32,000 nucleotides of DNA from Candidatus Saccharimonadota bacterium (lineage in GTDB: Bacteria; Patescibacteriota; Saccharimonadia; Saccharimonadales; UBA4665): assembly GCA_003516025.1 (NCBI GenBank), contig CP023991.1, forward strand, positions 510,001 through 542,000, given 5' to 3'. Of this stretch, positions 1-8,227 are shown piece by piece. The notes beneath the pieces were generated by a model. The model did no database searches. It was not told where the DNA came from and saw only the letters and a list, made by a program, of their open reading frames with translations. Each line of letters starts with the position of its first letter. The first letter of the stretch is position 1. The translations under genes and the position numbers were made by a program.

Positions 1-2
1 AC

Positions 3-575
3 ATGATTATTGTCGGGATTGATGAAGTCGGCCGTGGCTGCTGGGCAGGGCCGCTTGTAGCGGGCGCCGTTGTGCTCCGCGAGCCGATTCCCGGCCTGAA
101 AGACTCTAAGAAGCTGACTAAAAAGCAGCGCGAAACCCTGGCAGTAGCCATTGAAAAGGAGGCGCTGGCGATTGGTTTAGGCTGGGTTTGGCCTCAAGAT
201 ATTGACATAAGCGGTATTACCATGGCTGTCAAGAGCGCTATGGAACTTGCTCTGGAGGCTATCGCTATCCCGTACGACCAGGTAATAATAGACGGTAATA
301 TCAACTATCTAGCGGAAATACCACATACCGAATGTTTGATTAAGGCAGACGACAAGGTGCCGGCCGTGAGCGCGGCCAGCATCATGGCTAAGGTCGCCCG
401 CGACAGTTATATGGCTACCACCGCGGCAGGTAACTATCCTGAGTACGGTTTCGACAAGCATGTCGGTTACGGAACGGCGGTCCATATCGCGGCGCTTGCC
501 ACTTACGGCGTTACGCCGCTTCACCGTCAGTCATATAAACCAATTCAGCAACTTGTGCTAAAATCAAAATCATGA
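3..575 (+). CDS. rnhB: Ribonuclease HII
   Basis: 190 aa ORF. The N-terminus GIDEVGRGCWAGPLVAGAVVL is the RNase HII catalytic DE motif. Also has DSKKLT, IIDGN and AASIMAKVARD motifs. The ATG lies at position 3, so the upstream context is not visible. Confidence 0.85.
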   Translation: MIIVGIDEVGRGCWAGPLVAGAVVLREPIPGLKDSKKLTKKQRETLAVAIEKEALAIGLGWVWPQDIDISGITMAVKSAMELALEAIAIPYDQVIIDGNINYLAEIPHTECLIKADDKVPAVSAASIMAKVARDSYMATTAAGNYPEYGFDKHVGYGTAVHIAALATYGVTPLHRQSYKPIQQLVLKSKS

Positions 576-865
576 ACGAGTTACCGGCCGGTGTTTATAA
601 ACATTACAAGGGTGGACTGTATCTGGTGCTTGGCGTCGCGCAGCATAGTGAAACTCTGGAAAAGATGGTGGCCTACGTGCATTTAAGTGCCACCGCTGGT
701 GCCGCCATGTGGGTGCGGCCGTATGAGATGTTTTTCGAGAAGGTAAACGCCGACGGGATTGAAAAGCCCCGCTTCACGTATATCGGACAAACCGTTGAAC
801 CGGTGTTCGCTCAATTTTATGACCCCTTAAGCGGCTACACTGGCGCTGACAGAATTGATGAATAG
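572..865 (+). CDS. DUF1653 domain protein
   Basis: 97 aa. YKHYKGGLYLVLGVAQHSETLEKMVAYV...WVRPYEMF matches the remembered DUF1653 signature (Y+HYKGG.Y.VLG.A.HSET.E..V.Y). Its ATGA overlaps the rnhB stop. Confidence 0.7.
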   Translation: MNELPAGVYKHYKGGLYLVLGVAQHSETLEKMVAYVHLSATAGAAMWVRPYEMFFEKVNADGIEKPRFTYIGQTVEPVFAQFYDPLSGYTGADRIDE

Positions 866-1199
866 GTCAACAGTTAGCATTGGACGAGCAGGCGAGCAGG
901 CGGCATGCGAACTGCTGGCGCGGCAGGGTTTCACTATTTTGGAGCGCAACTGGCGTACTAAATACTGTGAGATTGATATTATTGCCAGCCATGAGAGCGT
1001 GATGTGGTTTATCGAGGTCAAATACCGCAAAACCGACGCTTACGGTGACGGGTTGGCATATATTGGACCGGCCAAGTTACAGCATATGCAGCGGGCGGCC
1101 CAATTATGGGTAAACATACATAACTACCCTGGCGAGTATACCCTCGGTGCTATAGCGGTATCGGGTAACAGCCTGGCAGGTGATCTTATTGAGTTGTGA
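855..1199 (+). CDS. yraN: YraN family (UPF0102) putative endonuclease
   Basis: 114 aa. GRAGEQAACELLARQGFTILERNWRTKYCEIDIIA...WFIEVKYR is typical of the YraN/UPF0102 restriction-endonuclease-like fold. It overlaps the preceding ORF by 11 nt. Confidence 0.8.
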   Translation: MMNRSTVSIGRAGEQAACELLARQGFTILERNWRTKYCEIDIIASHESVMWFIEVKYRKTDAYGDGLAYIGPAKLQHMQRAAQLWVNIHNYPGEYTLGAIAVSGNSLAGDLIEL

Positions 1200-1226
1200 G
1201 TACGATGCCAGCCTGACAAGCGAAGA

Positions 1227-3803
1227 TTAGTTGTTACTAAAGAATTTCTGGACGGCTTTAAGGTCGCGCTGTAGCCATTTGACGCGGTTGCTGATTTCTT
1301 CCAGTCCAATCAGGATGTTGCGCCGCAGGACAATCTGGTCCTGCTTCGGTTCGAAGAACTCGGTAAATTTGGCCTGCCACTCCGGGGTATTGCAGCCGCC
1401 GGCGGCGTAACGGGGCATGTAATCGTATGACTTATCGTTGCTGTAGGTCTGTTCGATCCAAGGCCATTCGTGTACCATCCAGTCCCAGGCGGTGTTACGA
1501 ACATAACGGTTACGCATGAGGTATACCAGCCAGCGGTCGGCATCCTGCGGTTTGACCAGTTGCGGGTTCTTGAGCCGTTCCAATAGTACGCTGGCCTGCT
1601 TGCCGTCGCGGGTGGCGCACAGAGCGTCGGCTATGTCAGACTTCAGCTCGCTGTTCTGGGTTTTATCATGCAGCTCGGTCAGGAAGGCGACAGCCTCTTG
1701 GTCGCCCTGTTTTACTGGTACGCCAAAAGCGAGGCCGCGGATCTCCGAGGGAATCGCCGTGCCATTATCCTTATAGTCTTTGAATGCCTCCAGTAATTTT
1801 GTGGTGATGTCCTGGTCTTCGGCGTATGAACCAAGCGCGATAATCATAGCCCGCAGTTTTTGGTCGGCGGCTGACTCGTTAGCGGTAAATTCCCAGCCAA
1901 GGCGCTGATACTGCTGCCTGATAAGGTTACCCACAAAAGCTTTGATTGTAGGTTCCAGGCTGTCGTCCAGATCAATAAAGCGCCGGCTTTCTCCGATTAT
2001 CAGGGAAATAATGTCCCATACCGGCTCGCTGGCCTCATTCGCGTAGGCAGCCAGCAGTTCCAAAGTTTCACCGTAACTCTGATAACCGGCACGGCCGAGC
2101 ATCGACGAATCATTCAGTAGTATGAGGCGTTCAATGCTGGACAACGTGCCGTCTTCGACCAAGGCGCGCATGTGGTCACGCTGGCTTTGTTCCTGGTAAC
2201 GAACAATATAGTGGCCACGGGCCTCAGTGTTTACACGAACTAAGCCGGTGTTTTCGTGATCATCGGCGATAGCCGGCTCGTCCAGTACATCCATAATAAG
2301 TTTGTCGGAGGCAAATAGCGGCACGGGCCATATACGCTCCTTGTCGGCTTTTTCAGGATTGTCACTAAAGTGTTCCTGCTGTATTTCCACGGTGCCGCTC
2401 TGCTGGGTTACGGTTACGACTGGAAAGCCAGGGCGCTGCAACCAGGGGTCCATAAATGCGCCGACATCTTTACCACTGGTCTCTGACAGGGCTTTCCAGA
2501 GGTCTGCTCCTTCGGTGTTTTTATAGGCATGAGCCGTAAAGTAAGCACGAAGGCCTTTACGGAAAGCATCTTCGCCGATGTAGCTTTTGAGCATGTAGAG
2601 CAGACGTCCGCCTTTGGCATAAACAATGCTCGGGTCAAACAGTGTACTGATCTCGTCCGGATGGTTTACCGCGGTTTTAACAGCTTGTACGCCCGGTGTG
2701 GCATCGCGGCGCAGCGCGCTGAGGCCTTCTGCGGATACGAATGTTTCCCATACGTGCCAATCGGGGAAGATGGCGTCGACGGCCTGATATTCCATCATGT
2801 TGGCGAACGACTCGTTCAGCCAGAGGTCATCCCACCATTTCATAGTTACCAGATTGCCAAACCACTGATGGCTGGTTTCGTGCGCGATAACCATGGCAAT
2901 TTGTTCTTTTGTCGACTGGGCGGTTTCGCCAGGGTAGGCCAACAATACGCGTTCGCGGTAGGTAATAAGTCCCCAGTTTTCCATGGCGCCGCTGCTGAAG
3001 TCTGGCAATGCGACATGATCGGCTTTTGCCAGGGGGTAGGGGACGTCGAAGTAGTCTTCGAAGAACTCGATTGATTTTACGGCGACATCCAGGGCGAAAT
3101 TAAGCGACTCGGCCGGCTGGGCAACGGTCGCCCAGGTAGAAACTTCGGTGCCACGCGTCGTTTGAGCGGTTTTGGCATGCATATTGCCGACCACGAACGC
3201 CACCAGATAGGTGCTCATGCGCGGCGTGGTTTCGAACTGAACTGTTTGGGTGTCATCGTTTTCGCTGGTGCTCTTTGCCGGGGTATTGCCCAGGACTGTT
3301 ATGCCTTTTTCGGTTGTCAGTGTCACATCGAAGGTGGCTTTGCCTTCCGGTTCATCGATACAGGGAAATGCTTCGCGGGCGTGGTGACTCTCAAACTGCG
3401 TGGCTATCAAGGCATCGTCCGTGCCGTCATTTTTGAAGAAGCAGGGATAAATACCGGTCATCCCTGGGGTGATAACCGCATTGAACTCCAGTGTGACGGT
3501 GTATTCGCCGGGATATAGCAGGTCCGGACTGTGCAGGCGCACTTCATTGAAGCTTTTGTGGTGATTGATGCGTTCGATTGTAATGTCCGTGGTTTCGCCC
3601 CGCTTGTCGCTCAACACCACGCTTGCCCGAGTGACGGTCAAGTCTTTGGCGTGGAACGTGAGGCGCTGGCTTGGACGGCCGGTTTTACGCCCCGTTATGG
3701 TAACTGAACCGCTGAATTTCATGTTCGGGCGATCGAGGTTGAGACTAAGGTCATAATGTGATGGTTGGAATTGTGTATATAAACGGGTAACGGTTTTTGG
3801 CAT
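1227..3803 (-). CDS. pepN: Aminopeptidase N (M1 family zinc metallopeptidase)
   Basis: 858 aa. Has the GAMEN exopeptidase motif and HETSHQWFGNLVTMKWWDDLWLNESFA (HExxH-x18-E). A GGAGGG SD lies upstream of the ATG on the minus strand. Confidence 0.9.
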   Translation of the reverse strand: MPKTVTRLYTQFQPSHYDLSLNLDRPNMKFSGSVTITGRKTGRPSQRLTFHAKDLTVTRASVVLSDKRGETTDITIERINHHKSFNEVRLHSPDLLYPGEYTVTLEFNAVITPGMTGIYPCFFKNDGTDDALIATQFESHHAREAFPCIDEPEGKATFDVTLTTEKGITVLGNTPAKSTSENDDTQTVQFETTPRMSTYLVAFVVGNMHAKTAQTTRGTEVSTWATVAQPAESLNFALDVAVKSIEFFEDYFDVPYPLAKADHVALPDFSSGAMENWGLITYRERVLLAYPGETAQSTKEQIAMVIAHETSHQWFGNLVTMKWWDDLWLNESFANMMEYQAVDAIFPDWHVWETFVSAEGLSALRRDATPGVQAVKTAVNHPDEISTLFDPSIVYAKGGRLLYMLKSYIGEDAFRKGLRAYFTAHAYKNTEGADLWKALSETSGKDVGAFMDPWLQRPGFPVVTVTQQSGTVEIQQEHFSDNPEKADKERIWPVPLFASDKLIMDVLDEPAIADDHENTGLVRVNTEARGHYIVRYQEQSQRDHMRALVEDGTLSSIERLILLNDSSMLGRAGYQSYGETLELLAAYANEASEPVWDIISLIIGESRRFIDLDDSLEPTIKAFVGNLIRQQYQRLGWEFTANESAADQKLRAMIIALGSYAEDQDITTKLLEAFKDYKDNGTAIPSEIRGLAFGVPVKQGDQEAVAFLTELHDKTQNSELKSDIADALCATRDGKQASVLLERLKNPQLVKPQDADRWLVYLMRNRYVRNTAWDWMVHEWPWIEQTYSNDKSYDYMPRYAAGGCNTPEWQAKFTEFFEPKQDQIVLRRNILIGLEEISNRVKWLQRDLKAVQKFFSNN

Positions 3804-3858
3804 AGTTGTCCCTCCATGTGACGAATATTTGGCGTGATTGAAATGTCTATATTCCAGT

Positions 3859-3901
3859 GTAACACTTAAGCGTAACTTGACTTACGGTTACGAAAGGTTA
3901 C
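3859..3901. repeat. Array of GTAAC/GTTAC pentamers, including the inverted repeat CGTAAC-N10-GTTACG
   Basis: GTAAC at 3859-3863 and 3872-3876. GTTAC at 3887-3891 and 3897-3901. CGTAAC (3871-3876) and GTTACG (3887-3892) form a 6-bp inverted repeat bracketing the TTGACT hexamer. Confidence 0.6.
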
Positions 3902-3904
3902 AAT
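3877..3904 (+). promoter_or_regulatory. Candidate sigma70-type promoter for the nusA transcription unit
   Basis: TTGACT (3877-3882), 16-nt spacer, TACAAT (3899-3904). It lies in the divergent pepN/nusA intergenic region. Confidence 0.4.
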
Positions 3905-3916
3905 AATAAGTGTTCG

Positions 3917-3941
3917 ATCCGGCCAGCAGGTCGGATTTTTT
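3917..3941 (+). terminator. Intrinsic-terminator-like hairpin in the nusA leader (possible attenuator)
   Basis: ATCCGGCC (3917-3924) pairs with GGTCGGAT (3929-3936), with one G-U pair and loop AGCA. It is followed by a T-run through 3941. It lies about 10 nt downstream of the predicted TSS and 85 nt upstream of the nusA ATG. Confidence 0.45.
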
Positions 3942-4025
3942 CATACGAAACCGTGTTTACGTACGTATTCGCGGGCATATGCATCGCATTCCAAGTGAGT
4001 TTACATATAGAAAAGGAGAAACAAT

Positions 4026-5186
4026 ATGGAAATGGATTTTAAACAATTAGGCGTCGCTATCAAAGCTATTGCCGAAGAGAAGAACCTGCCGGAAGAAACC
4101 GTGCAGGAAGTCGTCGAGCAGGCCTTGGCCGCCGCGTATCGCCGTGACTACGGTGACCGTGAGCAGGAGGTCCGTGTAACCATGAATCTGAACACGGGCG
4201 ACGTTGACGCGTTTATCGCCAAGGAAGTCGTTGAGCGCGTCGGTGACCCGGCTTATGAAATCAGCCTCGTTGATGCTCAAGTTATGAAGAAAGACGCCAA
4301 CATCGGCGACATCATGGAAATTCATGAAAAAGTCGAAGATTTCGGCCGTGTAGCCGCCCAGACTGCTAAACAAGTTATTCTACAGCGTCTGCGCGAAAGT
4401 GAACGCGAAATTATCATGAACGAGTACGAAGACAAGATCGGCACCGTCATTAACGCCGTTGTTTCCCGCGTTGAAGGCAATATCGTGCGCATTGACCTCG
4501 GTAAGGCCCAAGGCATTATGCCGCGCAGCGAACAAATCCAAGGTGAGCGCTACTACCCGGGCCAGCGCCTGAAAGTATTCCTCAAAGACGTTGAGCGCGG
4601 CTTCCGCGGTCCGCAGCTGGTGGTTTCCCGCGGCAACCGCGAGTTTATCGAGTGGCTGTTCCGTTCAGAAGTTCCAGAGATGGAAAGCGGTGCCGTTGAG
4701 ATTAAGGGCATTGCCCGTGAAGCCGGCGTGCGCTCAAAGATCGCCGTCGCCTCCAATGTTCCCGGTGTCGATCCGGTTGGTACCTTCGTCGGTGGTCATG
4801 GTACCCGCGTGAACGCCGTGATGAGTGAAATTGGCGAACAGGAAAAGATTGATATCGTCGTCTGGGCTGAAAATACTATCGAGTACATCATGAATGCCCT
4901 GAGCCCAACCAAGGTCAGCCGCGTTGAGCTTGATGAAGAACGTCAGCGCGCCCGTGTTGTCGTACCGGAAGATCAGCTCAGCATTGCCATCGGTAAGAGC
5001 GGCCAAAACGTCCGTTTGGCTAGCAAACTGAGCGGCTACGACATCGATATCGAAGCCGAGAAGGCAGACGAGCCCATTGTAGAAGGAAAAATTGAAACTA
5101 CCGAGCTTCCAAAGGTTCCAAAATTGAAGCGTAAGAGCGACCTTGAGAATTCCCTGCTTGAGGCTATTGAAGAACACGGCGAGTAA
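4026..5186 (+). CDS. nusA: Transcription termination/antitermination factor NusA
   Basis: 386 aa. Has an S1 domain (VVSRVEGNIVRIDLGKAQGIMPRSEQIQGERYYPGQRLKVFL) and two KH domains (AIGKSGQNVRLASKLSGYDIDI). There are no AR1/AR2 repeats. An AAGGAG SD lies upstream. Confidence 0.92.
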   Translation: MEMDFKQLGVAIKAIAEEKNLPEETVQEVVEQALAAAYRRDYGDREQEVRVTMNLNTGDVDAFIAKEVVERVGDPAYEISLVDAQVMKKDANIGDIMEIHEKVEDFGRVAAQTAKQVILQRLRESEREIIMNEYEDKIGTVINAVVSRVEGNIVRIDLGKAQGIMPRSEQIQGERYYPGQRLKVFLKDVERGFRGPQLVVSRGNREFIEWLFRSEVPEMESGAVEIKGIAREAGVRSKIAVASNVPGVDPVGTFVGGHGTRVNAVMSEIGEQEKIDIVVWAENTIEYIMNALSPTKVSRVELDEERQRARVVVPEDQLSIAIGKSGQNVRLASKLSGYDIDIEAEKADEPIVEGKIETTELPKVPKLKRKSDLENSLLEAIEEHGE

Positions 5187-5295
5187 TATGCCTGAACGTT
5201 GTCGGCTCGGTTCAGGATTGTACTGGGATAATACGGACTCGAACCGTACGCCCGAAGTGTGCCGCGAACAATGCGAATTTTTAATGGAGGCTGCC

Positions 5296-5481
5296 ATGCG
5301 CGAGAGCATAGCCGAGATCGATATCTTTGATAGCGATTGTACGCATGACGTCGAGCATGGCGGTACATCCCTGCAACGGGGACACGGAAACGGCCGCTAC
5401 GTGAGTATTCTTAACTCGTGTATAGCAACGGGCGAAGACGCCTTCGCTGAAACATACAGGTTCATTTGTCCAAACGACTAA
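5296..5481 (+). CDS. Hypothetical small protein (61 aa), uncertain
   Basis: This is an internal ATG of the 5143..5481 ORF, preceded by GGAGG (5286-5290) at 5-nt spacing. I recognise no family. The position downstream of nusA is where ylxR often sits, and there is only a loose GNGRYV...C resemblance to it. Confidence 0.25.
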   Translation: MRESIAEIDIFDSDCTHDVEHGGTSLQRGHGNGRYVSILNSCIATGEDAFAETYRFICPND

Positions 5482-5500
5482 GACAGTAATAAACTGACAG

Positions 5501-5527
5501 TTAGCACTCTTGACGTGAGAGTGCTAA
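5501..5527 (+). promoter_or_regulatory. CIRCE element (HrcA operator), perfect consensus
   Basis: TTAGCACTC-TTGACGTGA-GAGTGCTAA matches the CIRCE consensus TTAGCACTC-N9-GAGTGCTAA exactly. Confidence 0.85.
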
Positions 5528-5538
5528 TTTCTTATTAT
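5510..5538 (+). promoter_or_regulatory. Candidate promoter overlapping CIRCE, upstream of clpC
   Basis: TTGACG (5510-5515, inside the CIRCE spacer), 17-nt spacer, TATTAT (5533-5538). Confidence 0.55.
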
Positions 5539-5722
5539 GTATATATAGCATTTCAAGTGCTCAGTCGAATCTAACTAAGCTGAAACTGGTCGGAAAATAT
5601 CAAGAAAGTGTGAATAGTCACAGATATCCATCAGTAAAATCGTTTAGAATAAACATAACGCCTCATCCAGGCGATGTTAGATGGACGAGGGATGAACTTT
5701 AAAGAAAGGTGGTGGTAAAACT

Positions 5723-8203
5723 ATGATGCCAAACAGCCCCGATTTTCAAGAATTTTTGAATCATTTGACCAACAACGCGCTGAACAGCCTGAAACATGCG
5801 GACGCCATTGCCCGTAGCTTCGGCAGCGCGTATATTGGCACCGAACATTTACTGCTTGGTGTCTTAGCCCAGGATTCCAGCATGGGGGCAAAAATACTGG
5901 AAGGCGCCGGCGTAACACTTGATCGCGCTCGCATGGCGCTTAACCTGACGCCTAAAACACTTGTTATTAACATGGGCGCTAAAGGTTTGTCTGAGACCGC
6001 GAAACTGACTCTCAAAATGGCTTATGACGTAGCTCAGGATTACAGCCAGGAATATTGTGGCACCGAGCATATTTTATACAGTATTTTAAGCCAAAAAAAT
6101 GCCCGGGCGACTGTGCTGCTGCGCGACATGAACATTGATGTCGACAGCCTCACCAACGAGCTTGAGCAGTTCCTGAACAAGCAGCAGTACGATGACGGCG
6201 ACATGCCTGCCGCAGGAACGAGCCGCAACAACAAAAAAGGCAAAAAGACCGCGCTGGACTTTTATGGCACGGATCTGACAGCTCAAGCACGCGGCGGCAA
6301 GCTTGATCCTGTCGTTGGCCGCGAAAACCAGATTAAGCGCGTAATAACCATCCTCAACCGCCGTACCAAGAACAACCCTGTACTTATCGGTGAGCCCGGT
6401 GTCGGCAAGACAGCTATTGTAGAAGGTTTGGCGCAGCGAATTATCGCCGAAGACGTACCTGACAGCCTGATTGACAAGCGGATAGTCATGCTTGACCTGG
6501 CCGGTATGATCGCTGGTACAAAGTATCGTGGTGAATTCGAAGAGCGACTAAAGAAGGTGATGAGCGAACTGGAAACCGACAAGAAAACCATCGTCTTCAT
6601 TGACGAGCTGCATCTTATTGTTGGCGCCGGCGCTGCTGAAGGCGCTATGGACGCTGGCAATATTTTAAAGCCGGCTCTGGCGCGCGGTAAAATCCAGGTA
6701 ATCGGCGCGACGACAACCGCCGAGTACACCAAGCACATCGAAAAGGACGCCGCTTTAGAACGCCGCTTCCAGCCAGTGCAGGTTCCTGAAACCAATGTTC
6801 CTGAAACACTGGCTATTCTCAAAGGCCTGCGCAAGCATTACGAAGCTTTCCATGGCGTGACAATCACCGATGAGGTTCTTGATGATACCGTGCAGCTTGC
6901 TAAGCGGTATATTAACGACCGCTTTATGCCCGACAAGGCGATCGACCTGCTTGACGAAACGGCCGCTCACTTGCGTGTATCCAAAGCAAAAACCAGTCCT
7001 GAAGTTCGAAAACTGCAAAAAGAACTGAAGCTGGTTAATACACGGATCGAGGAAGCAGTTGATGTCCAGGACTACGAAAAAGCCGCCCAGGAAAAGACTC
7101 GTGCGTCTCAGATAAACGAGGAGCTGGAGAAACTGCAGTCAGCTAATAAAGAGGAAAAGCGCTTAACACTGACCAGTGAAGACGTGGCGGAAGTGGTATC
7201 CCGGATTACCGGTGTACCAACCAAAAAAGTAATCCGCAGTGAGGCGAAGTACCTCATCAATCTCGAAAAGACACTCGGTAAGCATGTTATAGGCCAATCC
7301 GAAGCCGTTGAGGCCGTGGCTCGTGCCATCCGCCGGAACCGCTCCGGTATTGGAGCCACGAACCGGCCAATCGGCTCGTTCATCTTTCTTGGCCCGACCG
7401 GTGTTGGTAAGACTGAACTGGCCCGTGTTCTCGCCCGGGAATTCTTTGGCTCGGAAAACAACCTGGTAAAGATTGACATGTCCGAATTCGGCGAACACCA
7501 TAACGTTTCACGCTTAGTTGGTGCTCCGGCTGGATATGTTGGTTACGACGAAGGCGGCCAGTTAACTGATAAGATCCGCCGCCAGCCGTACAGCCTGGTA
7601 TTGTTCGATGAAATCGAAAAGGCGCATCCAGATGTCTTCAATATGCTGCTTCAAATGCTGGAGGACGGTTACTTAACCGATGCCAAGGGCCGCCGGATCG
7701 ATTTTACCAACACCATTGTCATCATGACCAGTAACATCGGCGCGGAGAAACTGCAGAAAGAATCAAGCTTTGGGTTCCAGGCGGTCGACCGTTCAGACTT
7801 GAAAGACCTTGACGCGCTCCATGAACGTAACAAGGGCCAGGTTTTAGAAGAACTACGCAAGATGATGCGTCCTGAACTTCTGAACCGTATTGATAAAACA
7901 ATCGTTTTCCGCGCGTTAACCAAGAAGGATATCTTCCGCATCATTGACCTCCAGGTTGATGACCTGCGCAGCCGCTTGCACAAGCAGGGTGTTGGACTGG
8001 AAGTGACCACTCACGCTAAGCAATATCTGCTTGATCACGGATACGATTCCAAGAACGGTGTCCGGCCGCTACGCCGCCTGATTCAAGACACTATCGAGGA
8101 TCACGTAGCACTGGAACTGCTTAATGAAAAACTGTCTAAAGGACACATTTTGCAAGTTGCCACGAAGCAAGGTGAACTTGAGTATTCCGCGGCCACAGAA
8201 TAA
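5723..8203 (+). CDS. clpC: ATP-dependent Clp protease ATP-binding subunit ClpC (class I AAA+ unfoldase)
   Basis: 826 aa. Has a Clp_N repeat domain, two Walker A motifs ([16 protein letters not shown]) and a UVR-like linker ([23 protein letters not shown]). An FGF tripeptide (ESSFGFQ) sits at the ClpP-docking loop position. A GGTGGTG SD lies upstream. Confidence 0.92.
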   Translation: MMPNSPDFQEFLNHLTNNALNSLKHADAIARSFGSAYIGTEHLLLGVLAQDSSMGAKILEGAGVTLDRARMALNLTPKTLVINMGAKGLSETAKLTLKMAYDVAQDYSQEYCGTEHILYSILSQKNARATVLLRDMNIDVDSLTNELEQFLNKQQYDDGDMPAAGTSRNNKKGKKTALDFYGTDLTAQARGGKLDPVVGRENQIKRVITILNRRTKNNPVLIGEPGVGKTAIVEGLAQRIIAEDVPDSLIDKRIVMLDLAGMIAGTKYRGEFEERLKKVMSELETDKKTIVFIDELHLIVGAGAAEGAMDAGNILKPALARGKIQVIGATTTAEYTKHIEKDAALERRFQPVQVPETNVPETLAILKGLRKHYEAFHGVTITDEVLDDTVQLAKRYINDRFMPDKAIDLLDETAAHLRVSKAKTSPEVRKLQKELKLVNTRIEEAVDVQDYEKAAQEKTRASQINEELEKLQSANKEEKRLTLTSEDVAEVVSRITGVPTKKVIRSEAKYLINLEKTLGKHVIGQSEAVEAVARAIRRNRSGIGATNRPIGSFIFLGPTGVGKTELARVLAREFFGSENNLVKIDMSEFGEHHNVSRLVGAPAGYVGYDEGGQLTDKIRRQPYSLVLFDEIEKAHPDVFNMLLQMLEDGYLTDAKGRRIDFTNTIVIMTSNIGAEKLQKESSFGFQAVDRSDLKDLDALHERNKGQVLEELRKMMRPELLNRIDKTIVFRALTKKDIFRIIDLQVDDLRSRLHKQGVGLEVTTHAKQYLLDHGYDSKNGVRPLRRLIQDTIEDHVALELLNEKLSKGHILQVATKQGELEYSAATE

Positions 8204-8227
8204 GACCGATAAGTTATACTGGACGTA

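Noticed and set aside
1200-1226. Expected convergent terminator between yraN and pepN
   Set aside because: The 27-nt gap contains no stable inverted repeat, so no terminator can be supported from sequence.
2529-3074. 181-aa + strand ORF inside pepN, plus similar long antisense ORFs such as 4734..5309(-), 6283..6834(-), 16592..17089(-), 17300..17770(-), 17644..18120(-), 26246..26668(-), 29325..29762(-) and 31261..31722(-)
   Set aside because: All lie fully antisense to strongly supported conserved genes. Their composition is low-complexity and Arg/Ser/Ala-rich, as is typical of shadow ORFs. None has a start context or a recognisable motif.
5191-5216. Inverted repeat CCTGAAC-N12-GTTCAGG right after the nusA stop, considered as a terminator
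   Set aside because: The loop is 12 nt and there is no downstream T-run, so it is not convincing as an intrinsic terminator.
5143-5481. Full-length 112-aa version of the ORF after nusA
   Set aside because: It would overlap the nusA 3' end by 44 nt and has no SD. Only the internal start at 5296 has a credible RBS, and even that call has low confidence.
5674-5718. 14-codon mini-ORF (MLDGRGMNFKERWW) ending 4 nt before clpC, considered as a regulatory uORF
   Set aside because: It has no SD and is too short to evaluate. It is mentioned only as part of the leader observation.
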